Source: Balanoglossus misakiensis
Taxonomy: Eukaryota > Animalia > Hemichordata
Assembly (NCBI GenBank): GCA_040954595.2
Contig: CM082596.2
Coordinates: 10,622,461 to 10,686,460, forward strand
Reading direction: 5' to 3'
Length of the DNA stretch: 64,000 nt
Under the pieces are notes generated by a model. It searched no databases. It was not told the DNA's origin and saw only the letters and a program-made list of their open reading frames with translations. The translations under genes were made by a program, and so were the position numbers. Numbering within the stretch: the stretch's first letter is position 1; each line of letters begins with the position of its first letter. Positions 50,631-64,000 of this stretch are shown here, piece by piece.

Positions 50631-53600
50631 TTTCTTCTGCCTCGATTTATCGACACCAGGACCTCCCCCCCCCCCCAAAAAAAAAAAAAAAAAATATATA
50701 TCAATTATGGATCATCAAATAACTAGACTGCATCGTCCATGAAATCAAACTCGACGACAAAAAAACTTCGCCGATTCCGAGGTAAACGCATCCCGACAGG
50801 ATAAGAACTCCGCTATGTGACATCATCTGATTTCTCTGTAAACATTGGTTGGTCGTTACTTCGGGAACGGCACTTAATCTTCTCGGTTGGGCCTTTAATT
50901 TCCATGACCCCGGTCGATTCGGCCAAGACGCAAACCGATTCTTCACTTTGCAGTTCAGTAAAGTTGGCGAACGGGATAGTCTGTTAATGGTGAATGCAGG
51001 CCTGTACGCAGTGCTAGCGAACGGGACAAATTGACATAATAAAAGCGAGTGTTGTCAGATTAGTGGGACTGTCATATCATGAACACAATACGGGAGGCGT
51101 GATAAGGGCATTATAAAGAGCGGGCGTGAAACTGACATGGAAACGATCGACAGTACGGTACAGCACAGTGGCTGTGGGTAGAGCGAGCATGTTGCTGTGC
51201 CGAACACATTTACCATGTTTGTTAAATACAAAACACACCGACTTGACCTGCGGCCGCAGCTGCAGCTTCCTAACGCGCCCTAATCCAAGCAGTTTACGAT
51301 CTCGTGGATCGTGGTTGGACTGACAAAATGACCCAGAAAGAGAACCACATTAGGAAGTATTATAGGTCTGTTTCCTCAAAGTCCAATAAGTGCAAAACTT
51401 AACGCACATCAAAATGTTGCCCAGACAACGGTAGTTAGCAGTTTGCTTGCTCGGTTTGAAATGCGCGGCTGTGGTAGAAAATTACCCCCTGTTCTTTGGG
51501 ACGTGAGCCACCCCCCTGAGACAATGGTGCACTCACACTCGAGAACATAGGTTTGCTATTTGCATATACAAATGGAATATTCCTTCGAATGCGAGCATGT
51601 TCCAGTGCGTTCTAAAATAATAAAATATGCAGCTATAGCATGTATGCATATTCATTAGTGTGTCGTAATGCTAACTTTGGTCTGTGATTGGGTAACAAGT
51701 CCCACTCTCCATAACAACAGGTGATCATTGACCCGTTTCCGGTGTGCGACGTCGGGTTTCAATCACTTTCCTTCTTACTGCCACGGGATCAAGACGTCTT
51801 TTCGGTAGGCTCATAATCCAGTCATTGCTTTTAGTACCATAGCCTATATAGCTACGTTACCGTCGCTCGATTGTTTTGTCTGGTATAAGGTGATTTGCAG
51901 CTATCCGTTCAACACCTTGTAGTTGAACAGAAGTAGGTATTATTCCAGAAAAAAATCCGAGCTACGGGCGTGCAGCTAGCCATGCCTCTCGGCCATTCTG
52001 TGTATGGCTTCACTGCTGACCCTGAGGTCATAATCGAGAAAGTCTAGTCATATTCATAGGGCTATACTCTGTGAGAATTTTATTGCTAGGCCTCTTGCCT
52101 AAGCGCACGTAGAGCCAGTGTTTGCATTTTTTTTAATTTTACGGTTTAAACGTGGTTGGTGTATTTTCGCTTTTCTGTTTGTTTTTTCGTAACATTTTAC
52201 TGTTTACATGTTGTTGGCGTATTTTCGTTTTTCTGGTGTGATTTCCACCTCACTGTTGGCATACTTAAACAATTATCCTAATTTTTATTGGGCAAACCGA
52301 TAAAACCAGAACCACCACAAGTAAAGAAAATTGTAATCTGTTTGGTGATAACCCTTTTAGCTTTGAGAGATAACCGATTTGATGTTTTAGTAAAACCAAA
52401 TTTTTGACGAGGGTGACAAGCATTTTTTTCTCCAAGAGTCGTGTTGCTTTGAAGCATACATTTGGATATATGGTCCCATTTGATGAAAACCTGGTTGATG
52501 AAAAATGTGCATATTTATAATTTTGTAGAATTTTTTGTCTTTTTTGGTCAAAAATTGTTTTATCTAAAACTGCTTGTCAGATTGCTTTCAAATTTTGCAG
52601 GGTTGTTCCTTGGGAATAATTAAGTGAGATGTTTTAGAAAAATACTTGAAATTTGCATATTTGCGTTTTGTGTGTGATAGTTTTGGAATTTTTCATTAAA
52701 AATTATTTTCTTTCAAACTGATTGTCAGATTGCCTTGAGCTTTGGTAGGCATGTTCCCTGAAGCGATTGACGTAAGATATTGTACAATTTTGGTGAAAAT
52801 ACTGATTTTTCTGAAACTGCATATGGGATTGCTTTGAAATTTGATAGGATTATTGCAATGGGTAACCCAAGTTTTGTCTGATTGTGTTGATTTCCCTATA
52901 CTGAGACTCGCCAAGTACACTATATGTTTATATTACTAGAGAGTTCAGAATCCAATATGGCCGCCATACGAACTGGGACATACTGTGTAATCAGATTATT
53001 TTCTAAACTTGTCATATTTTAATTTCTCGATCTCACAAATAAAAATGAAATGCCAAAAACTGAGTAACTTTCGTTTCTTCCCGCTTGGTGTCCATTAAAG
53101 TCTTTTTCCTCCCACTTGGGAAAGTGGCTAGAGTCAATATGTGCATAATGGCAGCATTATATGGCACTGAATAAATGGCAGGGGTGTTTACATCTCCTAA
53201 TTTGTTTTCACTTAAACCATTATAAATATCTAACAGTATATGATCATATTGTGTATGCAACTCGGAGATGTGTTTCACTTCAGGGTTGGAAGTTTGTTTA
53301 GTCAAGTCTGGGAAGTGACATGTCTTCAAAGTGACTGATGTTATCTGCTTAGAGCTGAATGCCCATGGGTGTTCTTTCCTAGGAATACATTTTCTTTGAA
53401 TTTCATAGACCTGTGTATAATTATAATTTCAGTTATATATTCTAATTTGCGTTTAGGTAGAGTATGCATGGAATTAAAATAATTATTCTGTAATTACCCA
53501 ACAAAAATGTTTGTCTTACAATTGTCTAGCAAGTGGATATTTTGATTGTTAATTTGCACAGGCAACATTATGGAAGTAGCATAAAGAGTATTCAATAATA

Positions 53601-54746
53601 TAGCAGATCTTCTAGCCAGAAAGAAGAGCTTAGAAGATTTATCAGCTCATAATATTCCTTTAACCAATGAACTTTATATGAACTTGCACACCTGCCTTCA
53701 AGATACAGGGATTAATGTTCAGGAAACCTTACCAGCTCTAGTACATTTTTTTCAGCCAGAAATTGAATTACCAGATAAAAAAATCAGTAATTTTACAAAG
53801 ATACAGTCAGAAAATAAATGGAGAAAGCCAGCAAGGAAGGCATAAAAGTGGAACACATGAAAGACACAGTTAGCTTAAACTACATGTGTATGCAGTAAAA
53901 ACTGTATGGTGCAAGGACGTTCATTTTTATGATTTATAGCCAGCCAGTCTTTCCATGCATATCATACCAAAATTAATATGAAAATCGTGTAAATGTTAAT
54001 AGACTACAAGGAAAGTACAAATACATGTAGAAATTACACTATCCAACTTTCTCCACTTTTGATATCTGCTCAACACAGGCAAGCAAAAGGGCCGATCTGA
54101 GAGTTTGACTTGAATGATGGCAATTTTTGCTCTCCAGAAGTAACTGTATAAAATATTTTTTGGTAGTAGTATTATTGCTCAAAATACACAAGAATTTAAA
54201 TATCTCCGCTCGCTACAGTGATTGAACTGATTTTCAGCAAATTGCAGTGTATAAATAAACATTGCCATCTAATGAAATATCAATCCAATATGGCCGCCCA
54301 TTTGCAATGGTAAAATGCTAGGTTTTTCCTTTTTTGAGCGCCTGGGAATTTAAATTATAATCCAGATATCAAACACTTAAGTCACTATCTGTATCTACAC
54401 ATATATTGTAATATATTCTGAAAATTTCGTTACAATTAGATCAACTATGATTGAGACACGGAACATCAAACATTGCAAAATTTCATATTTCCCATGGTGC
54501 CATGCAAAAAATAGAGAGATTTTCTTTACAAGTTTAGATGATCTCCTGTAAAACTGAAAGAAGTATTCTTCTGTGAATCGTGCATAATTTTTTGAAAAAT
54601 GTTGAAGATACTTGAGAATATCAGTATTTTTTGATGCTTTTGTACCTTGAAAACAGGTGAACCGATTTTGATAATTTTCTTTATTATAACCTACAAAGAC
54701 CTATAAACATTTTTTATCAGTAAAATAAACAGCCTTATATAATTTT

Positions 54747-55297
54747 ACTGGTCCAGCTGTTACAGAGACCACTGGCTATTTTATTATAAACTGGTGGTAG
54801 GTCAGTGAATGCCTCTGTCTGATTGGACTAATTAGCTTGTCATACTCGCATGTATTTTACAGACAGTTTTTGGACAAAAATCAGTTGTGGTCCAGCTGTT
54901 ACAGAGACCACCGGCTATTTTATTATAAACTGGTGGTAGGTCAGTGAATGCCTCTGTCTGATAGGACTAATTAGCTTGTCATACTCGCATGTATTTTACA
55001 TACAATTTTTGGACAAAAATCAGTTGTGGTCCAGCTGTTACAGAGACCACCGCCTATTTTATTATAAACTGGTGGTAGGTCAGTGAATGCCCTTGTCTGA
55101 TAGGACTAATTAGCTTGTCATACTCGCATGAATTTTACAGACAGTTTTTGGACAAAAATCAGCTGTGGTCCAGCTGTTACAGAGACCACCGGTTATTTTA
55201 TTATAAACTGGCGGTAGGTCAGTGAATGCCTCTGTCTGATTGGACTAATTAGCTTGTCATACTCGCATGTATTTTACAGACAGTTTTTTGACAAAAA
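54747..55297. repeat. Tandem repeat, ~139-140-bp unit x4
   Basis: ggtccagctgttacagagacc recurs at ~54749, 54889, 55028 and 55167. Confidence 0.92.
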
Positions 55298-55519
55298 TCT
55301 GTTTTTTTTAGTGCTGCTTGTAGGATTGCAGTGACACATAACACTTGATTGGGCATAGTGAATTTTTTTATGTTTCCATAGTATTTGAATATTTTTGCCA
55401 TATATGCTTGCCAATGTCGCCCGTGATTTTAATTCTGGCGAATACCTAAAATCTGTGTAATCCCCAAATGGCACAACAGTATCCTATACGCTATGTTTTA
55501 AGAAGTTAATTATACATAG

Positions 55520-57245
55520 ATATGCATCTTGTTAAAATGCACAACAGTCACGATTTTGTTCACACGAGTTTGATTGCTGCCAGGACATAACCCAAATATT
55601 TTGATAATTTTGGCAATGAACTTTGAACTACTATCCCATGCCTTGGCATGTACAGCAGATACAGCCTTCAAATTTGGAGGACTGGAACACCTAATGAAGT
55701 ACATGTATTAACTTTAACACAATAATTATGTAAATAAGCTCTTTAAAGTTACCCAATAGATCTTAGAAGTCTGGTTTTTGCTGGACACTGGTCAGTTTGA
55801 TATCAAAATTTGTTGGCCCAACTTTGCGTGAACTCTGGCTTACTTACCATTTCTCAGCACCCATAACAAATACAGCCTTTACTTTCTGTTGGAACCATGC
55901 TAACCACTTTGGCTCCTCCAATGCTGCTTATAGTTGGGTCTTCTTCATGGCGGCCATATTTGATTTTTGGATAACCTTTAAAAGTTGACATTTTTTTCAA
56001 AAATTACAAGGCCAATCAAGTTCTAATTTACTGTCCGTTCCAATTTTTTTCAATAATTTTGTTAGTGGTCATGCGAATTTGGATTCATTATGGATTTTTG
56101 AAAAATCTCATGAAAAATTTCCAAAGTCTTTTTTTAATCAAGCTTTCAAGTGAATTGTGATTGCTTTAACCTTATTCGAGCCAAATTGTATTTTCTGAAC
56201 ACCGATGAAAAACAAAGATTTCCTATTTCTAGCCTACTCATTGATAGCACACAAATTAATTTTATTGATACGAGTCACCATATGACTAGAATACGTTACA
56301 TTTTTGGCAACTTTCACATGTTCTTTGATCCAGTTGTTTTTCAGAATTTGATTAAACAATTTATTGGCCACTCTCACATGTCCTTTGATCCAGTAATTCT
56401 AGAACTTAATTTTATGTGGATATGCCTCTTGGTAAAAAGCACAACAGTCATGATTTTGTTCACATGAGAACTATTGCTGCCAGGACATAACCCAACTATT
56501 TTTATAATTCTGGCAATGATCTACTTTCCCATAACTTGCCATGCACAGCAGATACAGCTTTCAAAATTAGGGGACTGGAACATCTAATGAAGTATTAATC
56601 TTTAACACAATACTTATGTACTTATCCTATTTAAAGTTAACCAATAGAGCTTAGAACTTTGGTTCTTGTTGAACACTGATCAGTTTGATATCAGATTTTG
56701 TTGGCACAATTTTGCGTGACCTCTGGCTTACTTACCATTTCTAGCCATCCAAAAAAGATACAGAGCTTGCTTTCTGTTGGAACCATGCTAACTGCTTTGG
56801 CACCTGTAATGCTGCATGTTCCTTTAATTGTCTTCTTCATGGTGGCTATATTGAATTTTCTGATAACCTCTAAAAGTTGACATTTTTTTTAAAACTACAG
56901 GGCCAATCAAGTTCTAATTTACTGTCCCTTCCAATTTTTTTCAATAATATTGTTAGTGGTCATGCGAATTTGGATTCATTATGGATTTTTGAAAAATGTC
57001 ATGAAAAATTTCCAAAGTCTTTTTTTAATCAAGCTTTCAAGTGTATTGTGATTGCTTTAACCTTATTCAAGCCAAATTGGATTTTCTGAACTCTGATTAA
57101 AAACGAAGATTTCCTATTTCTAGCCTACTCATTGAAAGCACGCAAATTCATTTTATTGATATGAGTCACCATATGAATAGAATACTTTACATTTTTTGGC
57201 AAATTTCACATGTCCTTTGATTCAGATTTGTTAGAACTGAATTGT
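55520..57245. repeat. Tandem duplication of a ~900-bp unit, each beginning with a satellite-like monomer
   Basis: ggccaatcaagttctaatttactgtcc occurs at ~56010 and ~56900. gcacaacagtca..ttttgttcac..ccaggacataacccaa occurs at ~55539 and ~56439. Confidence 0.88.
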
Positions 57246-60200
57246 ACTTGGATATGTATGTCTCTTGTTAAAAAGCACAACAGTCATGATTGTGTTCACT
57301 TGAGTTTTGTCGCTGCCAGGACATAACCGATATATTTTGATAATTTTGGCAATGACCCTTGATCTACTTGGATATGTCTCATGTTAAAAAGCACAACAGT
57401 CTTGATTTTGTTCACATGAGTTTTATCGCTGCAAGGACATAACCAAAATATTTTGATAATTTTGGCAATGACCCTTGATCTACTTGGATATGTCTCTTGT
57501 TAAAAAGCACAACAGTCTTGATTTTGTTCACATGAGTTTTATCGCTGCCAGGACATAACAAAAATATTTTGATAATTTTGGCAATGACTCTTGATCTACT
57601 TGGATATGTCTCTTGTTAAAAAGCACAACAGTCTTGATTTTGTTCACATGAGTTTTATCACTGCCAGGACATAACCCAAATATATTGATAATTTTGGCAA
57701 TGACCCTTGATCTACTTGGATATGTCTCTTGTTAAAATACACAACAGTCTTGATTTTGTTCACATGAGTTTTATCGCTGCCAGGACATAACCCAAATATT
57801 TTGATAATTTTGGCAATGACCCTTGATCTACTTGGATATGTCTCTTGTTAAAAAGCACAACAGTAATGATTGTGTTCACACGAGTTTTATTGCTGCCAGG
57901 ACATAACCCAAATATTTTGTTAAGTTTGGCAATGACCCTTGATCTTCTTGGATATGTCTCTTGTTAAAAAGCACAACTGTCATGATTTTGTTCACATGAG
58001 ATTTATTGCTGCCAGGACATAACCCAAATATTTTGATAATTTTGGCAATGACCCTTGATCTACTTGGATATGTCTCTTGTTAAAAAGCACAACAGTCAGG
58101 ATTTTGTTCACATGAGTTTTATCACTGCCAGGACATAACCCAAATATATTGATAATTTTGGCAATGACCCTTGATCTACTTGGATATGTCTCTTGTTAAA
58201 ATACACAACAGTCTTGATTTTGTTAACATGAGTTTTATCGCTGCCAGGACATAACCCAAATATTTTGATTATTTTGGCAATGACCCTTGATCTACTTGGA
58301 TGTGTCTCTTGTTAAAAAGCACAACAGTCATGATTGTGTTAACACGAGTTTTATTGCTGCCAGGACATAACCCAAATATTTTGATAATTTTGGCAATTAC
58401 CCTTGATCTTCTTGGATATGTCTCTTGTTAAAAAGCACAACAGTCATGATTTTGTTCACATGAGTTTTATTGCTGCCAGGACATAACCCAAATATTTTGA
58501 TAATTTTGGCAATGACCCTTGATCTACTTGGATATGTCTCTTGGTAAAAAGCACAACAGTCAGGATTTTGTTCACATGAGTTTTATTGCTTCCAGGACAT
58601 AACCAAACTATTTTGATAATTTTGGCAATGACTCTTGATCTACTTTGATATGTCTCTTGTTAAAAAGCACAACAGTCAGGATTTTGTTCACATGAGTACT
58701 ATTGCTGGCAGGACATAACCAAACTATTTTGATAATTTTGGCAATGACTCTTCATCTACTTGGATATGTCTCTTGTTAAAATGCACAACATACATGATTT
58801 TGTTCACATGAATTCTATTGCTGTCAGGACATAACCCAAATATTTTGATAATTATGGCAATGACCCTTGAACTACTTGGATATGTCTCTTGATAAACAGC
58901 CAAACAGTCATGATTGTGTTCACACGACTTTTATTGCTGCCAGGACATAGCCCAAATATTTTGATAATTTTGGCAATGACCCTTGATCGACTTGGATATG
59001 TCTCTTGTTAAAAAGCACAACAGTCATGATTTTGTTTACGTGACTACTATTGCTGCCAAGACTTAACCCAAATATTTTGATAATTTTGGCAATGACCCTT
59101 GATCTACTTGGATATGTCTCTTGTTAAAAAGCACAACAGTCATGATTGTGTTCACACAAGTTTTATTGCTGCCAGGACATAACCCAACTATTTTGATAAT
59201 TTTGGCAATGACCCTTGATCTACTTGGATATGTCTCTATTTAAAAAGCACAACAGTCAGGATTTTGTTCACATGAGTTTTATCACTGCCAGGACATAACC
59301 CAAATATATTGATAATTTTGGCAATGACCCTTGATCTACTTGGATATGTCTCTTGTTAAAATACACAACAGTCTTGATTTTGTTCACATGAGTTTTATCG
59401 CTGCCAGGACATAACCCAAATATTTTGATAATTTTGGCAATGACCCTTGATCTACTTGGATATGTCTCGTGTTAAAAAGCACAACAGTCATGATTGTGTT
59501 AACACGAGTTTTATTGCTGCCAGGACATAACCCAAATATTTTGATAATTTTGGCAATGACCCTTGATCTTCTTGGATATGTCTCTTGTTAAAAAGCACAA
59601 CAGTCATGATTTTGTTCACATGAGTTTTATTGCTGCCAGGACATAACCCAAATATTTTGATAATTTTGGCAATGACCCTTGATCTACTTGGATATGTCTC
59701 TTGTTAAAAAGCACAACAGTCAGGATTTTGTTCACATGAGTTTTATTGCTTCCAGGACATAACCAAAATATTTTGATAGTTTTGGCAATGACTCTTGATC
59801 TACTTTGATATGTCTCTTGTTAAAAAGCACAACAGTCAGGATTTTGTTCACATGAGTACTATTGCTGGCAGGACATAACCAAACTATTTTGATAATTTTG
59901 GCAATGACTCTTCATCTACTTGGATATGTCTCTTGTTAAAATGCACAACATACATGATTTTGTTCACATGAATTCTATTGCTGTCAGGACATAACCCAAA
60001 TATTTTGATAATTATGGCAATGACCCTTGAACTACTTGGATATGTCTCTTGATAAACAGCCAAACAGTCATGATTGTGTTCACACGAGTTTTATTGCTGC
60101 CAGGACATAACCCAAATATTTTGATAATTTTGGCAATGACCCTTGATCGACTTGGATATGTCTCTTGTTAAAAAGCACAACAGTCATGATTTTGTTTACG

Positions 60201-63200
60201 TGACTACTATTGCTGCCAGGACTTAACCCAAATATTTTGATAATTTTGGCAATGACCCTTGATCTACTTGGATATGTCTCTTGTTAAAAAGCACAACAGT
60301 CATGATTGTGTTCACACAAGTTTTATTGCTGCCAGGACATAACCCAAATATTTTTTATAATTTTGGCCATGACCCTTGATCTACTTGGATATATCTCTTG
60401 TTAAAAAGCACAACAGTCATGATTTTGTTTACGTGACTACTATTGCTGCCAGGACTTAACCCAAATATTTTGATAATCTTGGCAATGACCCTTGATCTAC
60501 TTGGATATGTCTCTTGATAAAAAGCACAACAGTTATGATTGTGTTCACACGAGTTTTATTGATGCCAGGACATAACCCAAATATTTTGATAATTTTGGCC
60601 ATGACCCTTGATCTACTTGGATATGTCTCTTGTTAAAAAGCACAACAGTCATGATTTTGTTTACGTGACTACTATTGCTGCCAGGACTTAACCCAAATAT
60701 TTTGATAATTTTGGCAATGACCCTTAATCTACTTGGATATGTCTCTTGATAAAAAGCACAACAGTCATGATTGTGCTCACATGAGTTTTATTGCTGCCAG
60801 GACATATACCAAATATTTTGATAATTTTGGCAATGACTCTTGATCTACTTGGATATGTCTCTTGTTAAAAAGCACAACAGTCATTATTTTGTTCACATGA
60901 GTTTTATTGCTGCCAGGACATAACCCAAATATTTTGATAATTATGGCAATGACCCTTGATCTTCTTGGATATGTCTCTTGTTAAAGAGCACAACAGTCAT
61001 GATTGTGTTCACACGAGTTTTATTGCTGTCAGGACATAACCCAAATATTTTGATAATTTTAGCAATGACCCTTGATCTACTTGGATATGTCTCTTGTTAA
61101 AAAGCACATCAGTCATGATTTTGTTAACATGAGTTTTATTGCTGCCAGGACATACAACAAATATTTTGATAATTTTGGCAATGACTCTTGATCTACTTTG
61201 ATATGTCTCTTGTTAAAAAGCACAACAGTCATTATTTTGTTCACATGAGTTTTATTGCTGCCAGGACATAACCTAAATATTTTGATAATTATGGCAATGA
61301 CCCTTGAACTACTTGGATATGTCTCTTGATAAAAAGCCCAACAGTCATTATTTTGTTCACATGAGTTTTATTGCTGCCATGACATAACCCAAATATTTTG
61401 ATAATTTTGACACTGACTCTTGATCTACTTGGATATGTCTCTTGTTAAAAAGCACAACAGTCATTATTTTGTTCACATGAGTTTTATTGCTGCCAGGACA
61501 TAACCCAAATATTTTGATAATTATGGCAATGACCCTTGATCTTCTTGGATATGTCTCTTGTTAAAGAGCACAACAGTCATGATTGTGTTCACACGAGTTT
61601 TATTGCTGTCAGGACATAACCCAAATATTTTGATAATTTTGGCAATGACCCTTGATCTACTTGGATATGTCTCTTGTTAAAAAGCACATCAGTCATGATT
61701 TTGTTAACATGAGTTTATTGCTGCCAGGACATACACCAAATATTTTGATAATTTTGGCAATGACTCTTGATCTACTTGGATATGTCTCTTGTTAAAAAGC
61801 ACAACAGTCATTATTTTGTTCACATGAGTTTTATTGCTGCCAGGACATAACCTAAATATTTTGATAATTATGGCAATGACCCTTGAACTACTTGGATATG
61901 TCTCTTGATAAAAAGCCCAACAGTCATTATATTGTTCACATGAGTTTTATTGCTGCCATGACATAACCCAAATATTTTGATAATTTTGGCAATGACCCTT
62001 GAACTACTTGGATATGTCTCTTGTTAAAAAGCACAACAGTCATTATTTTGTTCACATGAGTTTTATTGCTGCCAGGACATAACACAAATATTTTGATAAT
62101 TTTGGCAATGACCCTTGATCTACTTGGATATGTCTCTTGTTAAAAAGCACAACAGTCATTATTGTGTTCACATGAGTTTTATTGCTGCCAGGACATAACC
62201 AAAATATTTTGATAATTTTGGCAATGACCCTTGATCTACTTGGATATGTCTCTAGTTAAAAAGCACAACAGTCATGATTTTGTTTACGTGACTACTATTG
62301 CTGCCAGGACATAACCCAAATATTTTGATAATTTTGGCAATGTCCCTTGATCTACTTGGATATGTCTCTTGTTAAAAAGCACAACAGTCATGATTGTGTT
62401 CACACGAGTTTTATTGCTGCCAGAACATAACCCAAATATTTTGATAATTTTGGCAATGACCCTTGATCTACTTGGATATGTCTCTTGTTAAAAAGCACAA
62501 CAGTCATGATTGTGTTCACACAAGTTTTATTGCTGCCAGGACATAACCCAACTATTTTGATAATTTTGGCAATGACCCTTGATCTACTTGGATATGTCTC
62601 TATTTAAAAAGCACAACAGTCAGGATTTTGTTCACATGAGTTTTATCACTGCCAGGACATAACCCAAATATATTGATAATTTTGGCAATGACCCTTGATC
62701 TACTTGGATATGTCTCTTGTTAAAATACACAACAGTCTTGATTTTGTTCACATGAGTTTTATCGCTGCCAGGACATAACCCAAATATTTTGATAATTTTG
62801 GCAATGACCCTTGATCTACTTGGATATGTCTCGTGTTAAAAAGCACAACAGTCATGATTGTGTTAACACGAGTTTTATTGCTGCCAGGACATAACCCAAA
62901 TATTTTGATAATTTTGGCAATGACCCTTGATCTTCTTGGATATGTCTCTTGTTAAAAAGCACAACAGTCATGATTTTGTTCACATGAGTTTTATTGCTGC
63001 CAGGACATAACCCAAATATTTTGATAATTTTGGCAATGACCCTTGATCTACTTGGATATGTCTCTTGTTAAAAAGCACAACAGTCAGGATTTTGTTCACA
63101 TGAGTTTTATTGCTTCCAGGACATAACCAAAATATTTTGATAGTTTTGGCAATGACTCTTGATCTACTTTGATATGTCTCTTGTTAAAAAGCACAACAGT

Positions 63201-64000
63201 CAGGATTTTGTTCACATGAGTACTATTGCTGGCAGGACATAACCAAACTATTTTGATAATTTTGGCAATGACTCTTCATCTACTTGGATATGTCTCTTGT
63301 TAAAATGCACAACATACATGATTTTGTTCACATGAATTCTATTGCTGTCAGGACATAACCCAAATATTTTGATAATTATGGCAATGACCCTTGAACTACT
63401 TGGATATGTCTCTTGATAAACAGCCAAACAGTCATGATTGTGTTCACACGAGTTTTATTGCTGCCAGGACATAACCCAAATATTTTGATAATTTTGGCAA
63501 TGACCCTTGATCGACTTGGATATGTCTCTTGTTAAAAAGCACAACAGTCATGATTTTGTTTACGTGACTACTATTGCTGCCAGGACTTAACCCAAATATT
63601 TTGATAATTTTGGCAATGACCCTTGATCTACTTGGATATGTCTCTTGTTAAAAAGCACAACAGTCATGATTGTGTTCACACAAGTTTTATTGCTGCCAGG
63701 ACATAACCCAAATATTTTTTATAATTTTGGCCATGACCCTTGATCTACTTGGATATATCTCTTGTTAAAAAGCACAACAGTCATGATTTTGTTTACGTGA
63801 CTACTATTGCTGCCAGGACTTAACCCAAATATTTTGATAATCTTGGCAATGACCCTTGATCTACTTGGATATGTCTCTTGATAAAAAGCACAACAGTTAT
63901 GATTGTGTTCACACGAGTTTTATTGATGCCAGGACATAACCCAAATATTTTGATAATTTTGGCCATGACCCTTGATCTACTTGGATATGTCTCTTGTTAA
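57245..64000. repeat. 116-bp satellite array (about 58 monomers in the window) with higher-order repeats; runs off the window end
   Basis: tacttggatatgtctc occurs at 57481, 57597, 57713 and onward. Variant monomers recur at 580-, 1160- and 3363-bp spacings. Confidence 0.98.

Noticed and set aside
49800-52100. CpG-richer stretch as a host promoter or gene
   Set aside because: There is no credible ORF or exon chain, and part of it matches transposon-internal sequence.
1-64000. Homology between the 142-bp and 116-bp satellites, or their role as ends of one giant element
   Set aside because: They share only short words (atatgtct; atgtgaacaa/ttgttcacat) in inconsistent orientation and show no colinear alignment by eye.

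Overview
AT-rich animal genomic DNA with spliceosomal introns, probably from a marine invertebrate (inferred). It is not prokaryotic, and most ORF-track entries are noise. A ~142-bp tandem array (1-1917) and a 116-bp satellite with higher-order structure (57245-64000) bracket a densely nested transposon graveyard. Main items: (1) a frameshifted tyrosine-recombinase gene (12812-14090, -). (2) A two-gene, intron-containing PIF/Harbinger transposon (~14241-22880). Its 5-exon Myb/SANT gene is intact. Its DDE transposase is split by a 2.6-kb TIR element carrying inverted arrays of a palindromic GGAAATTTCC unit. (3) Degenerate MED25 exons interleaved with two cbEGF exons. (4) A 5'-truncated L1/Tx1-clade LINE with TSD, and L2-like fragments. 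(5) A decayed Academ-type transposase (DDE + XPG/FEN1-like + Cys-rich tail) with an apparently in-frame OTU-type protease domain. It is interrupted by a TTAA element and a Transib/RAG-like element (CACAGTA ends, 5-bp TSD). (6) Many non-autonomous TIR elements nested up to four deep. No intact host protein-coding gene, rRNA or CRISPR array is supported. Family calls come from motifs recognised by eye; no database searches were run.
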